From NCBI GenBank assembly GCA_002189035.1, contig NEEC01000011.1:434001-498000 (forward strand): a stretch of DNA of 64,000 nucleotides, read 5' to 3'. The translations under genes were made by a program, and so were the position numbers. The notes beneath the pieces are model-generated. The model was not told the DNA's origin. It did not search any database and saw only the letters and a program-made list of their open reading frames with translations. Source of the stretch: Utricularia gibba. Taxonomy: Eukaryota; Plantae; Magnoliophyta. Positions within the stretch are counted from its first letter, which is position 1, and every line of letters begins with the position of its first letter. Positions 1 to 12,059 of this stretch are shown piece after piece.

Positions 1-503
1 TGTTTTGGGTTCTCTCTTAATCATCTTGCAGTAGACTACGTTTGGTCCTTCTTTTAAATCTCGCGCCAGGATATATTCTTTTGATTTGGTGGGGGGAAAG
101 TTGGAACTTCCTGTGTTTTCTCTTATGGTCCGTTATTCAGAGATTCTGAAATCTGTAGTGACACGGAGATGGATGCTGTTGTTCTTTAAATTCAGAACTC
201 TGTCTCTGGTATTAGTGATCTGTGAGCATAATCGTTTTGATGGTCATTTCTATTAAACAAGTCAACCAAATTTCGAGAATACCATCTCTCTGTGTCCTAC
301 ATGCTCACTTGAGCGTGAGGGCTTAGAACATCTTCTGCCGCCTCGTCTCAACCTCTTTGTTTCACATTCGAATCCTCAAGTGGGTGTATAGAATGGTGTA
401 GATTCTGTATGAATTTCATAAAGATCACTCTATCTCAATCAAATGCGATTTGAAGGCATATGTTTTCCGTAGGAGAGGTACTGTTGAAGACACCTTGCTG
501 GAA

Positions 504-3274
504 ATGAGTCAATTGAAGATCAAACGCAGAATAGGAAAGTATGAAATTGGAAGGACTATCGGCGAGGGGGCATTTGCAAAAGTTAAATTTGCTAGAAACT
601 CTGAGTCTGGGCAGTCCGTGGCTATCAAGATTCTCGATAGGGATAAGGTTCTAAAGCACAGAATGTCTGAACAGGTGCATCTTGTTGACTCTTACATGCC
701 TTATCATACATTACGTTGTGCAACTGTTGACAAAATATGACAGTGTCTTTTGGAAAGGGAAGGTAGAAGTTTGTGAATCACCCTCATTGACTATCTAGTT
801 TGTTTTTCGTATCTACTTTCATTGGTAGTGTGACGAATATCTGCTTTCACTGGTAGAGCGATGAATATCTAAGATACACCTGCAACCGTGTGCAGATTAA
901 AAGGGAAATTTCTACGATGAAGTTAATTAAGCATCCCAATGTTGTTCGTATCTATGAGGTTCGTTTCTCTTTCTTGATACATAATGCTGAACTTATAACT
1001 CCTGAAAAGCTGAAGAATTGTGTGTTGGCCTTTGTTTTCTTGGTACCCATCTCACAAAAAAGAAAAACTTGACAAATTGTGGTTGGTCCAAAAACAAACT
1101 TTTCATGAACTGCACTTTTAAATATTTCAGGTCTTGGCAAGCAAGACAAAGATATATATTGTGCTAGAATTTGTCACTGGCGGAGAGCTTTTTGACAAGA
1201 TCGTAAGTTAAACTATGTTCTTTGTTTTCCACTTCCTAGCATTCTGTTTTCTACAAGACTTGTTTCCAAAACTTTCGTTCAGTTGGCATATGTGTGTCTG
1301 GAGTTCTACTCCATGCATGGTGCCTCCTTTTATGCTAGAATGTGATTCCAGTTCTTGAAGTGAAGTTAACTTTAATGTGCTTAAACTTGACTTGTATAAT
1401 ATTGAAGGTAAATCATGGAAGGATGTCGGAAGATGAAGCAAGGAAATACTTTCAGCAACTCATACATGCTGTTGATTATTGCCATAGCAGGGGTGTTTTC
1501 CACAGAGATCTTAAGGTTGATTTTTATTATATTGATTATGTACCACAGTGACTTCTCACCGTAAAGGCTCAGGGTCATGCTCTTTGATGATGTAGCCTGA
1601 GAACCTGCTTTTGGATGCTGCTGGGAACTTAAAGGTTTCTGACTTTGGGTTAAGTGCTCTGTCACAGCAAGTGAAGGTAAATATCAGGTCTTAAACATTG
1701 GGATTAGTCTTGTTCGGCTCGAAGTTCATCCTATCCTTATCTAAGAAAAAAAGTTGATTTGCGTGACGGTTTAAACTTTGAACTGGAGAGAGTGATGGTT
1801 GAATTCCTAATATTTCAGGATGATGGGTTGCTGCATACTGCTTGTGGTACGCCAAACTATGTCGCCCCTGAGGTATGGCTATCTTAACTTTCTCAGTCAC
1901 TATGGTGGATTTCCTTGGGCTGATAGTCAATACAAAGCTTTATAGGTCCTTAATGATGAAGGCTACAATGGAGCAATGGCCGACCTGTGGTCATGTGGAG
2001 TCATCCTCTTTGTGTTGCTTGCAGGGTACTTGCCATTCGATGATTCTAATCTTGCAGTTCTGTATAAAAAGGTGAGAATTGTGAGTGAGGTTGGTTTCTG
2101 AGCTGCCACTGCCTTTCTGTTACATTTCTTTGTTGTGTGGCCAGATATCGAGTGGCGAGTTCACTTTCCCTCCTTGGATTTCCTTCGGTGCCAAGGAGCT
2201 GATTGTTCGCATCCTGGATCCAAATCCAGAGACGGTTAAGATTTCTTACTCTTAAACAATCTGCTGCCTCTCTGCCTCACACAGGCATTGAGATTTGTCT
2301 TCCTTCCTTCCATTCTGCAGCGAATCACCGTCACTGAAATGTTGGAGAATGAGTGGTTTATGAAGGGGTACAAGCCGCCGGTGTTCGATGAGGACAACGA
2401 CACAAATACGGAGGACGTTGAGGCAGTGTTCAAGGATTCCGAGGTTTGGGGCAACCAAATGAATGTTGTTGAATGTCTCTATTGGGAGGCGGCTCATGTG
2501 CAGAGTTGTCAACATGCAGGAGAATCTTGTGACAGAGAGAAACGAGGACCAGCCAGCTCCCATGAATGCATTCGAGCTGATTTCCATGTCCAAGGGTCTC
2601 AATCTTGGCAATCTCTTTGACGCTGACAAGGTTGATGAAATGACTGGTTTTGCACCCAAGAACGCGATACTCAAGCAATGTTTGTGCGTGCGTGTGTGTG
2701 TGTGCACAGGGATACAAGAGAGAAACGAGGTTCACCTCCAAGTCCCCAGCCAACGAGATCATTAGCAGAATAGAGCAAGCAGCAAAGCCTCTTGGTTTTG
2801 ATGTTCACAAAAAGAAGTACAAGGTAATTTCAAACATTGCATGGAGTGGTGCAGCCACTGATTCTGTCATCGTACCATCTAAAGTGCTGCTGTTTCTCAG
2901 ATGAAGCTTGAAAATGTCAAGGCTGGGAGAAAAGGCAATCTCAACATTGCCACCGAGGTGATCAATCATACTACCTGCATGGAAATACTAATCCAGTTAA
3001 TCAAGCTCTTGGTGGTTTGGTCATTCAGGTATTCCAAGTTGCCCCATCATTACACATGGTTGAAGTCAGAAAAGCAAAGGGGGATACATTGGAGTTCCAC
3101 AAGGTATGCACAAATGATTTCTGTTCATTTTCTTTTTTCTCCCATGAAGAATCTCACTTAGACTAATCTGGCAACTCCATGCTGCTCTGCTATTGCTAGT
3201 TCTACAAGAGCCTCTCAACCGGACTCGATGATGTCGTCTGGAAAACCGATGAGGATATGCAAGAGACCAAGTGA
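504..3274 (+). CDS. CIPK: CBL-interacting Ser/Thr protein kinase (SnRK3, intron-rich clade, CIPK3/CIPK26-like)
   Basis: ATG at 504 ([30 protein letters not shown]). Exons give HRDLK|[25 protein letters not shown] and the NAF motif [15 protein letters not shown]. Last exon [24 protein letters not shown] ends at TGA 3272-3274. GT-AG introns. Paralog subtype is uncertain. Confidence 0.95.
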
Positions 3275-3708
3275 ATGCCATGCTACTTTTGCATCTTACC
3301 ATTCTCTCTTGTAATCCCCTTCCGAGAAGGGGATTTCCATGTGGTTCCGATACACTAGAAGAAACCTATTAAACCAGTAGAACTAAAGAGTGTAAGAGCA
3401 CCATGCGCTAATGGAGGTTGCAACAGGTCTGAAGCTTCTGTTTTGCTAAGGCAAGAAAACACAGCAACACCACTATCTACAACTGTTTGGACATGGTAAC
3501 ACAGATCATGGATAATGCGGTTGGACGTGATAGGAATGGTTCCAGTTAGTAGTAAAAAAAAAATCAAATTCAGTAAGTGTAGCTTAGACTAATTTCACAA
3601 AAATCATATGAACTTGACATAAAAAGTGTTTCAATTGCTTCTGTTGAGAAATGTATCAAAAGCTCAGTGCTTACGCCTCGGCGTTGGGAATATTGAATGG
3701 CATCGAAC

Positions 3709-5080
3709 TTAAGTTTTCTTGGAGTTTAGGATACTCCTAGCAGCATCCAACGACAAGTTTTCGTACACCTTAATTGAAGCATAAAGATGGACTAAGGATC
3801 AGCTACAAAGTAAAAAGGAAACACAAAAAAGAAAAGGAAGGAAGGATGATTAAAAGAGAGTTCTTGTCGCAAAAATCAATGGAATGCACTTACAGATTCG
3901 TTGTAGACTTGCAGAAAAGCTTTACAGAATCTTTCTGCCTTGGCTATACCCATCTACATAAAAGAAGTTTAAGAACACTTCACGTTCCTCCATTATTCAA
4001 AATACAGACTATATCCCGTTTTATTAGGTAAAGTCACATCCTCAAGCATTCGCGTGCTAAAAAATAAATCATAGATTACTTGATCAAGGAGAGTATTGAA
4101 GTAGAGAACACTGAATTAGAGGAATGTGCAATACCAAGCGCTCAGGTTTCTTGAGGATTCAAAAATTGAGTTTCCAAGAAACACTACATACCTTTGGCTC
4201 CACGATTGATATTAGTTTTGAGCAAAATGCTTCTGCATTAGAAATGGCAAAAAAGGATGCATTATAATCCTGTAAAAATAATGTCTAGTTCAAAAGTCTT
4301 TTAATTCAATGCTTACCGCAAGAAAGAAGACATCGGAAAAACAAACCACAAAGCATAAGAATTACAAATATCATTGATGAAAAAAATCTTCTTAATTTCA
4401 ACATAATCAAACATCATCAAGCTGACAACTTTTTAAGAGAATGAATGCAAAGATAATCGAAGTCGATGACCCATGGTCACAGAGTCCCGCCAAACTGGCA
4501 AATTGTATAACGTTTCAATCTAAACCAGAAAAAATACATGTGACCAAGTAAAACACCTTGAGTTTTAGTCTTGAAGATAGTTTCAACTCTTTTATCGTCA
4601 GTATCCCAAGCATCTTGCCAATCGTTTACCTGTAAAACGCAGATAGCCTACTGTTAGAACTCCTCCAATGGAACTAGGACACAATAACCCAAAAAAGTTG
4701 TTGAGCACCGCCTCTCTTGCAGCAGAACGACTTGCTTGTCTGGAAACATCCACGTCCGCCTGAGATCAAATGAAGGGCACAGATACACTGTAAGTTTCAA
4801 ACTGACCGTAGGTCTGAAAACCAGTAAATTCAGCAGAAGCAAATTAGCTGGGAAAAATATGGGCTACAACTGCAGAAGCTGCAATCAGAAAAAAAAGCCC
4901 CCCGCCCCAAATAAAGGAGAAAACTTCTCCGCTCCTATTGTTCACCCAAACTTTTCATCGATGATCAGATAATCAAACAGAAAAATGATTGCGCAATCGA
5001 CAGCGAGGGCTTACTTGGTAATCACGGCTCCGGACGACGGGAAAGAGCTCCAGGACGCGTCGGAATTCATTCTCATCCAT
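3709..5080 (-). CDS. Small conserved plant protein of unknown function (~115-120 aa, 6 exons)
   Basis: Spliced by eye with GT-AG sites in consistent phase: MDENEFRRVLELFPVVRSRDYQ / ADVDVSRQASRSAAREA / VNDWQDAWDTDDKRVETIFKTKTQ / EAFCSKLISIVEPK / MGIAKAERFCKAFLQVYNES / VYENLSLDAARSILNSKKT*. The ORF track shows only exon 1. Confidence 0.8.
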
Positions 5081-5372
5081 GGCGGTGCGCTGGCTACTCG
5101 TCACAAGGTTCGTCAAATTATTTTTTTGTAATGGCCCTTTTTGTAGTATCCATTTAAAGACGCAACGCCTCAATGAAAATTAATTGAAAACCGAGTAAAA
5201 CAAAATTATATTTCATAATATGTTATATATTATTCATCACTTACAAGAAAAAACTCTCTTGCAGTGCAGACACAATCACATTCCAAATAATCTTTTATAT
5301 TACTTTTTTATTTTTATTCGAAATTTCCGTATGTTCAAACAGCGATGTCCTCCAAGAACCACGTAGCAGCTC

Positions 5373-7235
5373 TCATATCTTGGAGTAGCAGCTTGCGCCC
5401 ATTGCGACGGCGGTTTTGGAGCCGGAGGGGCGGCCCAAGTAGTTATTTATAAACTCTCCGGCGGAGAGTAGCTTGGCCATGTCAACGTTGGTTCTCAGGC
5501 CAAGACCATGAAGCATGAAGACAACATCCTCTGTGGCGACATTGCCGGAAGCCCCCTTTGCATAGGGGCATCCTCCCAGACCTGAGACGGCGGCGTCCAC
5601 CGTGCTGATTCCCATCTGCAGACACCCTTGTTTGTTTTCCCTTTTGGAGGAAATGAATGCGATGCACAACATCTGAAACTTTTGCCACTCACCTGGAGGG
5701 ATAGGAGGATGTTTGAAAGGGACTGACCGTAGGTGTCGTGGAAATGCACCGCAAGTTTCTCGACGGGGACAACAGCCATGACGGCTTCCAGCATTGGGAG
5801 CACAGTGCCTACACAGATGGTGGGACTCAAGACATCATAATGAATTCGACCAATCAACAAATGACTGCAGCCAAGTTGTTACCGGGTGTGGCAACTCCTA
5901 TAGTGTCTCCCAGAGAGATTTCGAAGCATCCCATGTCGTGAAGTTCCTTGGCTACGTAGGCAACCTTAGATGGGGAAATGTATCCTTCAACAGGGCAGCC
6001 AATGACACACGAGACGTACCTGCGCAATGATGGAAAATGATTCAGCTAGTGGAGCAATTTTCGATGCTAACTGCAACATGATTGACAAATGACACCCTGT
6101 ACCAAGAAAGAAGCAGCCATACATACCCACGGACAGGAAGTGAAATTTCTTTGGCCGCAGAAGTGACAGCACGAAAACGAGTCAGGCTCTCTTCAATTGT
6201 GCAGTTGATGTTCGACTTTGAGAATGATTCAGAGGCAGAGGCAAAGACAGCGATTTCTTTTGCACCAGCAGCAACGGCAGCATTGAAGCCCTGGTGTGGT
6301 GTGATAAAAAGGATATAGACTCAGATGTCATCTTTGATGAGCAAAAGTCAAAGCATGATATCAGTCCTCACCTTAAGATTGGGCGTCAGCACAGGAAGTC
6401 GAACACCCGTTATATCCTTAACAGCATTCATGACATCGGTTGCATCTGCAAGCTATCAAGAGAAAGAAGCACGATTTAAGGCCAGATTAGAAGTGTTTAC
6501 TTCAAGGATATTACATGAATTACCTGGGGAATCCACTTAGGAGAAACAAAACTGGTTGCTTCGATGACTGACAATCCCGAAGAGGCTAATTTGCGGATGA
6601 ACTCAATCTTTACTGCTGTTGGAACCATTGTCTTCTCATTTTGAAGACCATCTCGGGGGCCAACTTCCACTATCTTCACAAACCTTGGTACGTCTTTGAA
6701 AAACTGCAGTCTCCAAGGAAGTTAGTTAATCAGTGTTTCAGCAACCCCAGCCACCAAAATGAAGACGCACAATACTGATGATGCAGAAAAAATAGAACCT
6801 AGAGCAATACCTTGTATTTTGAATCTTTAGCAGTGTTGCTGTCATCACTGGTTACAGATGTATCTCGAGGACCAAGGCTTAAAGCCCTTCTCAATGAGCT
6901 CCGCCTTTGCCTGTGCAACAGAACGGGCTCTTGCAAGTACTCTTCAAAATCTTCACTGTAAACAAATATTCGAACTGAGCAGTGAATCATGAAGAACGAA
7001 ATGGTTTCATAACATTTTGATATATCAAAATGAAAATGACATGGAGAAATAACAAAATATGCACGCACTTGCAGCTATTAGATGAGGCACAACTTCTCCC
7101 TTCATTCCAGCAATTCCGTCTTCCGACATCTTCTCTTATTGGCTGGCAGGCAGTTGATGAGAAACTACGAATGCGATCAATACCATTCAGACCTGAAAAG
7201 TTGTCAAGACTGACGGGCTCCTCCAAACTGGACAT
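5373..7235 (-). CDS. HMGCL: Hydroxymethylglutaryl-CoA lyase
   Basis: [11 protein letters not shown] start at 7235. Motifs [53 protein letters not shown] and [24 protein letters not shown] at 5373. A 5' UTR intron is likely (donor near 7608). Confidence 0.96.
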
Positions 7236-7737
7236 TGCTGCTGCAACTGCAAATGAAAATGAACAAAACCTGTGATGACATCTACATGAAAAGGCAGTTT
7301 TGGGCATCCCACAAGAATCACAAAAGATCCAGGTAATGTAGAGACGGTGGATATACAAAAGAAGCCTCAAATTGAAATCGAAAAAAAAGGGGGTCAATAG
7401 TAGTGTGTCCGTAAATACAAAATCAGTGAATGCTCTTGGCACCGGAACAAGAGTTGCAACGCTAGAAAGCAGTCGGTGTTTTGACTTACTATTCTTGGCA
7501 GGAGAAGAAGAAGGAAATGAAATTGGTAAGATAAATAAGCCCTGAGAAAGATAAGAGAAGGGTACATGGATTTTCCCTGGATGATGAAGGAACTAAACGT
7601 CCACTTACCCGGAAGGAAGGAAGCGAAAGCAGAAGTCAGAACGCCGAGACGAGATCCCCTCCACGCAAACGTCAAACTGTGTCGCGTGTGTGAAGAGGCG
7701 GAAATAAGGCTTGTGTTGTGTGGTAGATCGTGTGTGT

Positions 7738-7757
7738 GGACCGGACCGGACCGGACC
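7738..7757. repeat. (GGACC)4 pentamer microsatellite
   Basis: Read directly, just upstream of the HMGCL leader exon. Confidence 0.9.
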
Positions 7758-7906
7758 GACAGCGGCCGAATCAAAAACCCTCCAGCTCCAGGAACCACAA
7801 CCCCCCTTTCCCTTCGCCGCGGAAAATGATTGTTTCCTCTAGGCGCGTGCGGGTAGTTGGAGCCCAGTACTAATTATTACTCTTTTTCTTTGGTTTGTTC
7901 AAGTCA

Positions 7907-7961
7907 GAGCCGAGCCGAGCCGAGCCGAGCCGAGCCGAGCCGAGCCGAGCCGAGCCGAGCC
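7907..7961. repeat. (GAGCC)11 perfect pentamer microsatellite
   Basis: 55 bp of perfect GAGCC units. It produces the spurious EPSRA-repeat ORF at 7895..8095. Confidence 0.97.
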
Positions 7962-8250
7962 GGTTGTTCCCAACGACCCACCACCAGTTTAATTGTTCCT
8001 ACCTTTCTTTGTGTTTGTGGTTTGTATCCAACCTAACAATCCCGAGGGAACTGCTGAGCGGTTCCCTGCCAAATCAGCATTTCTGTGCCAATTAGCTTCA
8101 ACCCGAAGGCGGGACGGGACTTACAAGACCAACGGCCATAAACTCGAGAAACGCGAGCCAGGGGCCCACCCCAGGGTCAAAAAAAGACAAGGTCAAAGCT
8201 TCCCATTACGGTCTTTACTTCAATTATTTACGATTTTTTCTTCTTTTGGT

Positions 8251-11200
8251 TTATTTCATATTTCCAAGTGCCAAATTGGGAGAGGAATCTGGAGTCCAGG
8301 TATAAATGAAGACTCCCAGGGTGAGAATGATTGCTCCTGCTATAAAACCCGGCGGAAGGGCGGAGGCGACTCGGTGGTACGGCAGCGAGAACGTGAACAG
8401 GTACACCGAAACCGGAACTGCCCCAAGCAACAGGAAGCCAGGGTCAGTCAGTCAGTCGAGAGGAACGTGAACAGCAGCTAGCAGTTAAGCAGACCTGAAA
8501 CTGTGGATGCGAGAGAGGACACCACCGCCGACGAGATCTTGATCAGGTGCAGGAGAGAGATGTTGTAGGCCATGTTGACCCCTACGAACAGCAACGGCAG
8601 CAAGGGAGCCCCCTCACATTCTGGGAAAATCCAAACACAACAATCTGTCCGTCAGGAATCCATCCCATGAACAACAACCAAGTGTTAAGTAGCACTAGGC
8701 CTAGGCCTCGGTCCGCCATGTCGGCCGGCTTACTCGTTGCCATGTTGCCGGTGTTCAAAAAACAGGCAGCGCCGTCTCTGATGTAACTGGGAAGCTGACT
8801 GAACGGGATGCCCCAGAGGTTCGACAAGAAGGGAAGCAGGAGCCATATGAAAGCGGCCTGTCTCATATGCACAGTGGGGCAAGTATCAAGTTTCTCAAAA
8901 CCACAGCCTACGTAACTGATAAGTTTCAGCTTTTATAGTTCCTATTTCAGCCATGCTCAACTGAATTGTGCGGGTGTGTAACAGAATTACGCGACCCGCC
9001 ATAAGGCTACACTCATGATTGGATATTGCAAACCTGGAAAGCGGACCCAAATGAGTTCACGATGAAGATATCGCATGTGGATCCCTGCAAGCATGATCAC
9101 TTCATAATTCAGTATGCTCGGAAATATCTCACAGTCACGTGCAAACCAACGCACTCTGTGATTATAGCAAACAATAGAAAGCATGATCATGGTGCAAAAT
9201 TTTGAAGCTTCAGGATCTGTTGTTAGGTTGCCCTTCATGTACAACAGGACTGAGGTAACTCACAAGCACACCTACCTTCAGTCTTTTAGCAGTGTCCAGA
9301 AATATCATCTCCTACAAGGAAGGTACATCGAGTTGAGACTTTTCCCATCATACAAAAAGAAATGAAAAGCTTGTACCTTCAGGACTGTGTCACCAGCTTG
9401 AAACAAAAAAGATATGATCATCAAAATGCTCCAAAATAAACCATTTTCTACTATAGAACCAGAGCCTGAACCACTGCAAGTAAGTTCATTTAGAAGTATT
9501 TTAAAATGATATATACTCCTATGAGGGCATGGACATATGCAACTAAACCTCTAATAAGAAACCACTACAGGCGTAAAGGCGAGAGATTAAGAAATTCATG
9601 ATCACTACTAGAGAGAACTAGAGATAAGCATGTGCATTTAAACTGATGGACAGGATGTCCAGAACCTGGAATGCGTACCTTGCAACAGTAATTATCACGC
9701 CAGCGGCCACTAAAAAGCACCCAAATAACTGATGCAGACGATAGCGCCTCCCTAGAAAGATATACGACAGTGCAAGTTGCCAAACAAGAAAGCTCTGCAA
9801 AGATTTTCACGTAATCAGATGAAGTCCAGTGAGGATCTGATTGTATTACCAATCACCTGAGATAAAATAGGGATTGCTGCCCCAGAGAGGATAGCTGTTT
9901 CAAAACATAAAAAGTTTGTCAGATACCATCTAGCATTCGTGAGGAAAAGAACTAACCGAACATAAGCCACATTCTTGAGAGTTATATGTCAGTGTCACAC
10001 ATGATCGCGCATCTATAACACCTATAACATGAATATCACATTTTCCACAAAGTGGCAAGCTTCTCAACATGCTTAATAGCAAATGGCTAAAAAAGAGTTA
10101 CCTGCTGCGGACATCCCAGCTGCAGCAGCCAAGGCCTCCAGGAGGCCAACAAAAACCAATGGCATTTTTGGCAAGGAGAGCATTTCGTTGGTAACCTTCC
10201 CAGCTTGATGACGCATAAACAAGATGGAGAAGTACACGATGACATAGCTGACAGAGACATTAGCAAGTCAAATAGGATCATGTATAAAAACACCTTCAGA
10301 AGTCAGTTTCTTTGTCAAATAAATCAAAACACACACCTTTTCTTCTCTAAAACTAGAAATAAAACTTATTAACTACAACCAGAAGATGAGAATATCTAAT
10401 CGCAACTTGTCATTCTTGCCATACACCAAGAGCATATGGCTGGTCCCTTCATCCAACAGGCCACCGTTAAATGGCTCTCCTATATCCTTCTGAAATTTTC
10501 AGGCACAGCCCTCAATCCACAGGACTTACTACACCAGCCACAGTCATCAAACTCAAGTTCATGATTACAATTCAGCCACAACCCAGTCGAAGGTTACTGT
10601 TGAATTATGCGGAGAAGCTAACACATCACAGTCACAAAAGATCACCCGGACAAAAAAGCACATATTTTTTCCAGTTGCACGGCAGTCTCGGACACAGAAG
10701 ACAAATCGTTGCAAGGCACTATAAAAAAATCAATGATAATAGGGGAACGGGGCCACACTAATAGCAGATATTACTCGCCGCCGCGGGCAGACAGGTAGCG
10801 GAGCAGTCTTCTACGGCATCATCTCTGACCATTCATTCAAATCAGCAGACGACAAGGACTAACAAACCCCTCGCACTCGATTTTGAGGTATTCCTATCTT
10901 GTTATTGCCATTCATAATTAATGCTATCGAACGTCAAACTCCTCCCTCTTATTTTCGTAATTCTTATGTGCATTGTCTGTGTCATTATTGGGGATTGGAG
11001 GCAATATCGGGAATGCTGTAAAGGATAAGCGTCGCTAGATCTTCTGGGGCTTGGAACTTGGAAAGTTTCACTCTACTCATCACGGATAAGATTGGAGCAA
11101 TTTCAAGAAAATCAGAAACGAAAGAATAGGCAGAGAAAAGTTACCCGAAAGTAGCAAGCTGAGCAAGGAAGAAGGGATACTGCTTGAGAGGGACCAACGC

Positions 11201-11569
11201 CAGCTTATACAGCACTCTATTCCCAACGCCGAGCACCACTGTAATCGCCGCAGCAAACATCACCTCAGGTCTCCGATCCACGCGTCCGTCATTGCTCAAT
11301 GTCGTCGTCGCCGCCGCCTCCCGATCGAACGATGAGCACTTAGTCACGCGCCTCCCTTTCTTCAACACATCCTCCACATCGCCTCCAATCCAGGAGCCAG
11401 CCACCGCCTCATTCACTAATACTCGCGTTCGGATTACTGCACCTCCTCGCCGTTGATTCAAGTTCAACAGAGCGGCGACCGATGTATGCCGATCCGACGA
11501 GGCAAACCGCGCCGCCGGGATACTGTCGGCGGCGATGGAGTAACGCAGCCGGGCGCCGCATACCGCCAT
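8251..11569 (-). CDS. CLT: CRT (chloroquine-resistance transporter)-like transporter, plastid, with N-terminal transit-peptide-like region
   Basis: Exon 1 ends VLGVGNRVLYKLALVPLKQYPFFLAQLATFG. Later exons: YVIVYFSILF..LLEALAAAAGMSAA, QSFLVWQLALSYIFLGRRYR, DIFIVNSFGSAFQ, FLSNLWGIPFSQLPSYIRDGAACFLN, CEGAPLLPLLFVGVNMAYNISLLHLIKISSAVVSSLAS and VPVSVYLFT..YTWTPDSSPNLALGNMK* (stop 8251). The start codon could instead be upstream. Confidence 0.92.
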
Positions 11570-12059
11570 GTCCTCTGCCAAAGGTGTGGCTCCTTTTCCC
11601 AACGGTCACAGACGCATTCAACGAAGTAGCAAAATGGCATTTGTTCCAGCGAACAACGAAAAGAACCCCAGGTTAAATAAACACATGGAATCAATTCAGC
11701 AAGTCAATAAAGTTTTATTTATTTTATTCTTCAACCGCAGAAAAAGAACAAAGACAAGACATCCTTGTCGATCCACCATTGACCCATATGGAATTTTGCT
11801 TCTCCATCGACGCCAGTTCATTCTTCGAATTCTTTCTGCACCCGGGGCCTGTCATTCGCAGAGAAGCTTAGGACCTGCAACTCAGAAGAAATAACAGCAA
11901 GGCATACCAATACCATACCATGTGGGAGTCAGCTTAGGCTGAATTTCTATGTCATTCCACAACGGGAAGGCGTTCTTGTTCAGGATGCGAACAGCCTCGA
12001 CTTGGACCCTCTGTGGAACAGAAGCCGAGGGCTTGTTAGGTAGCTAAACTGCTCCATTT

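Noticed and set aside
7895-8095. ORF with EPSRA repeats
   Set aside because: It is a translation of the (GAGCC)11 microsatellite.
11880-12050. Exon-like open frame downstream of the PPR stop (LPNKPSASVPQRVQVEAVRILNKNAFPLWNDIEIQPKLTPT) flanked by AG and GT
   Set aside because: The following intron would be only 44 nt and leads to an immediate stop, and the PPR already ends normally. Most likely 3' UTR.
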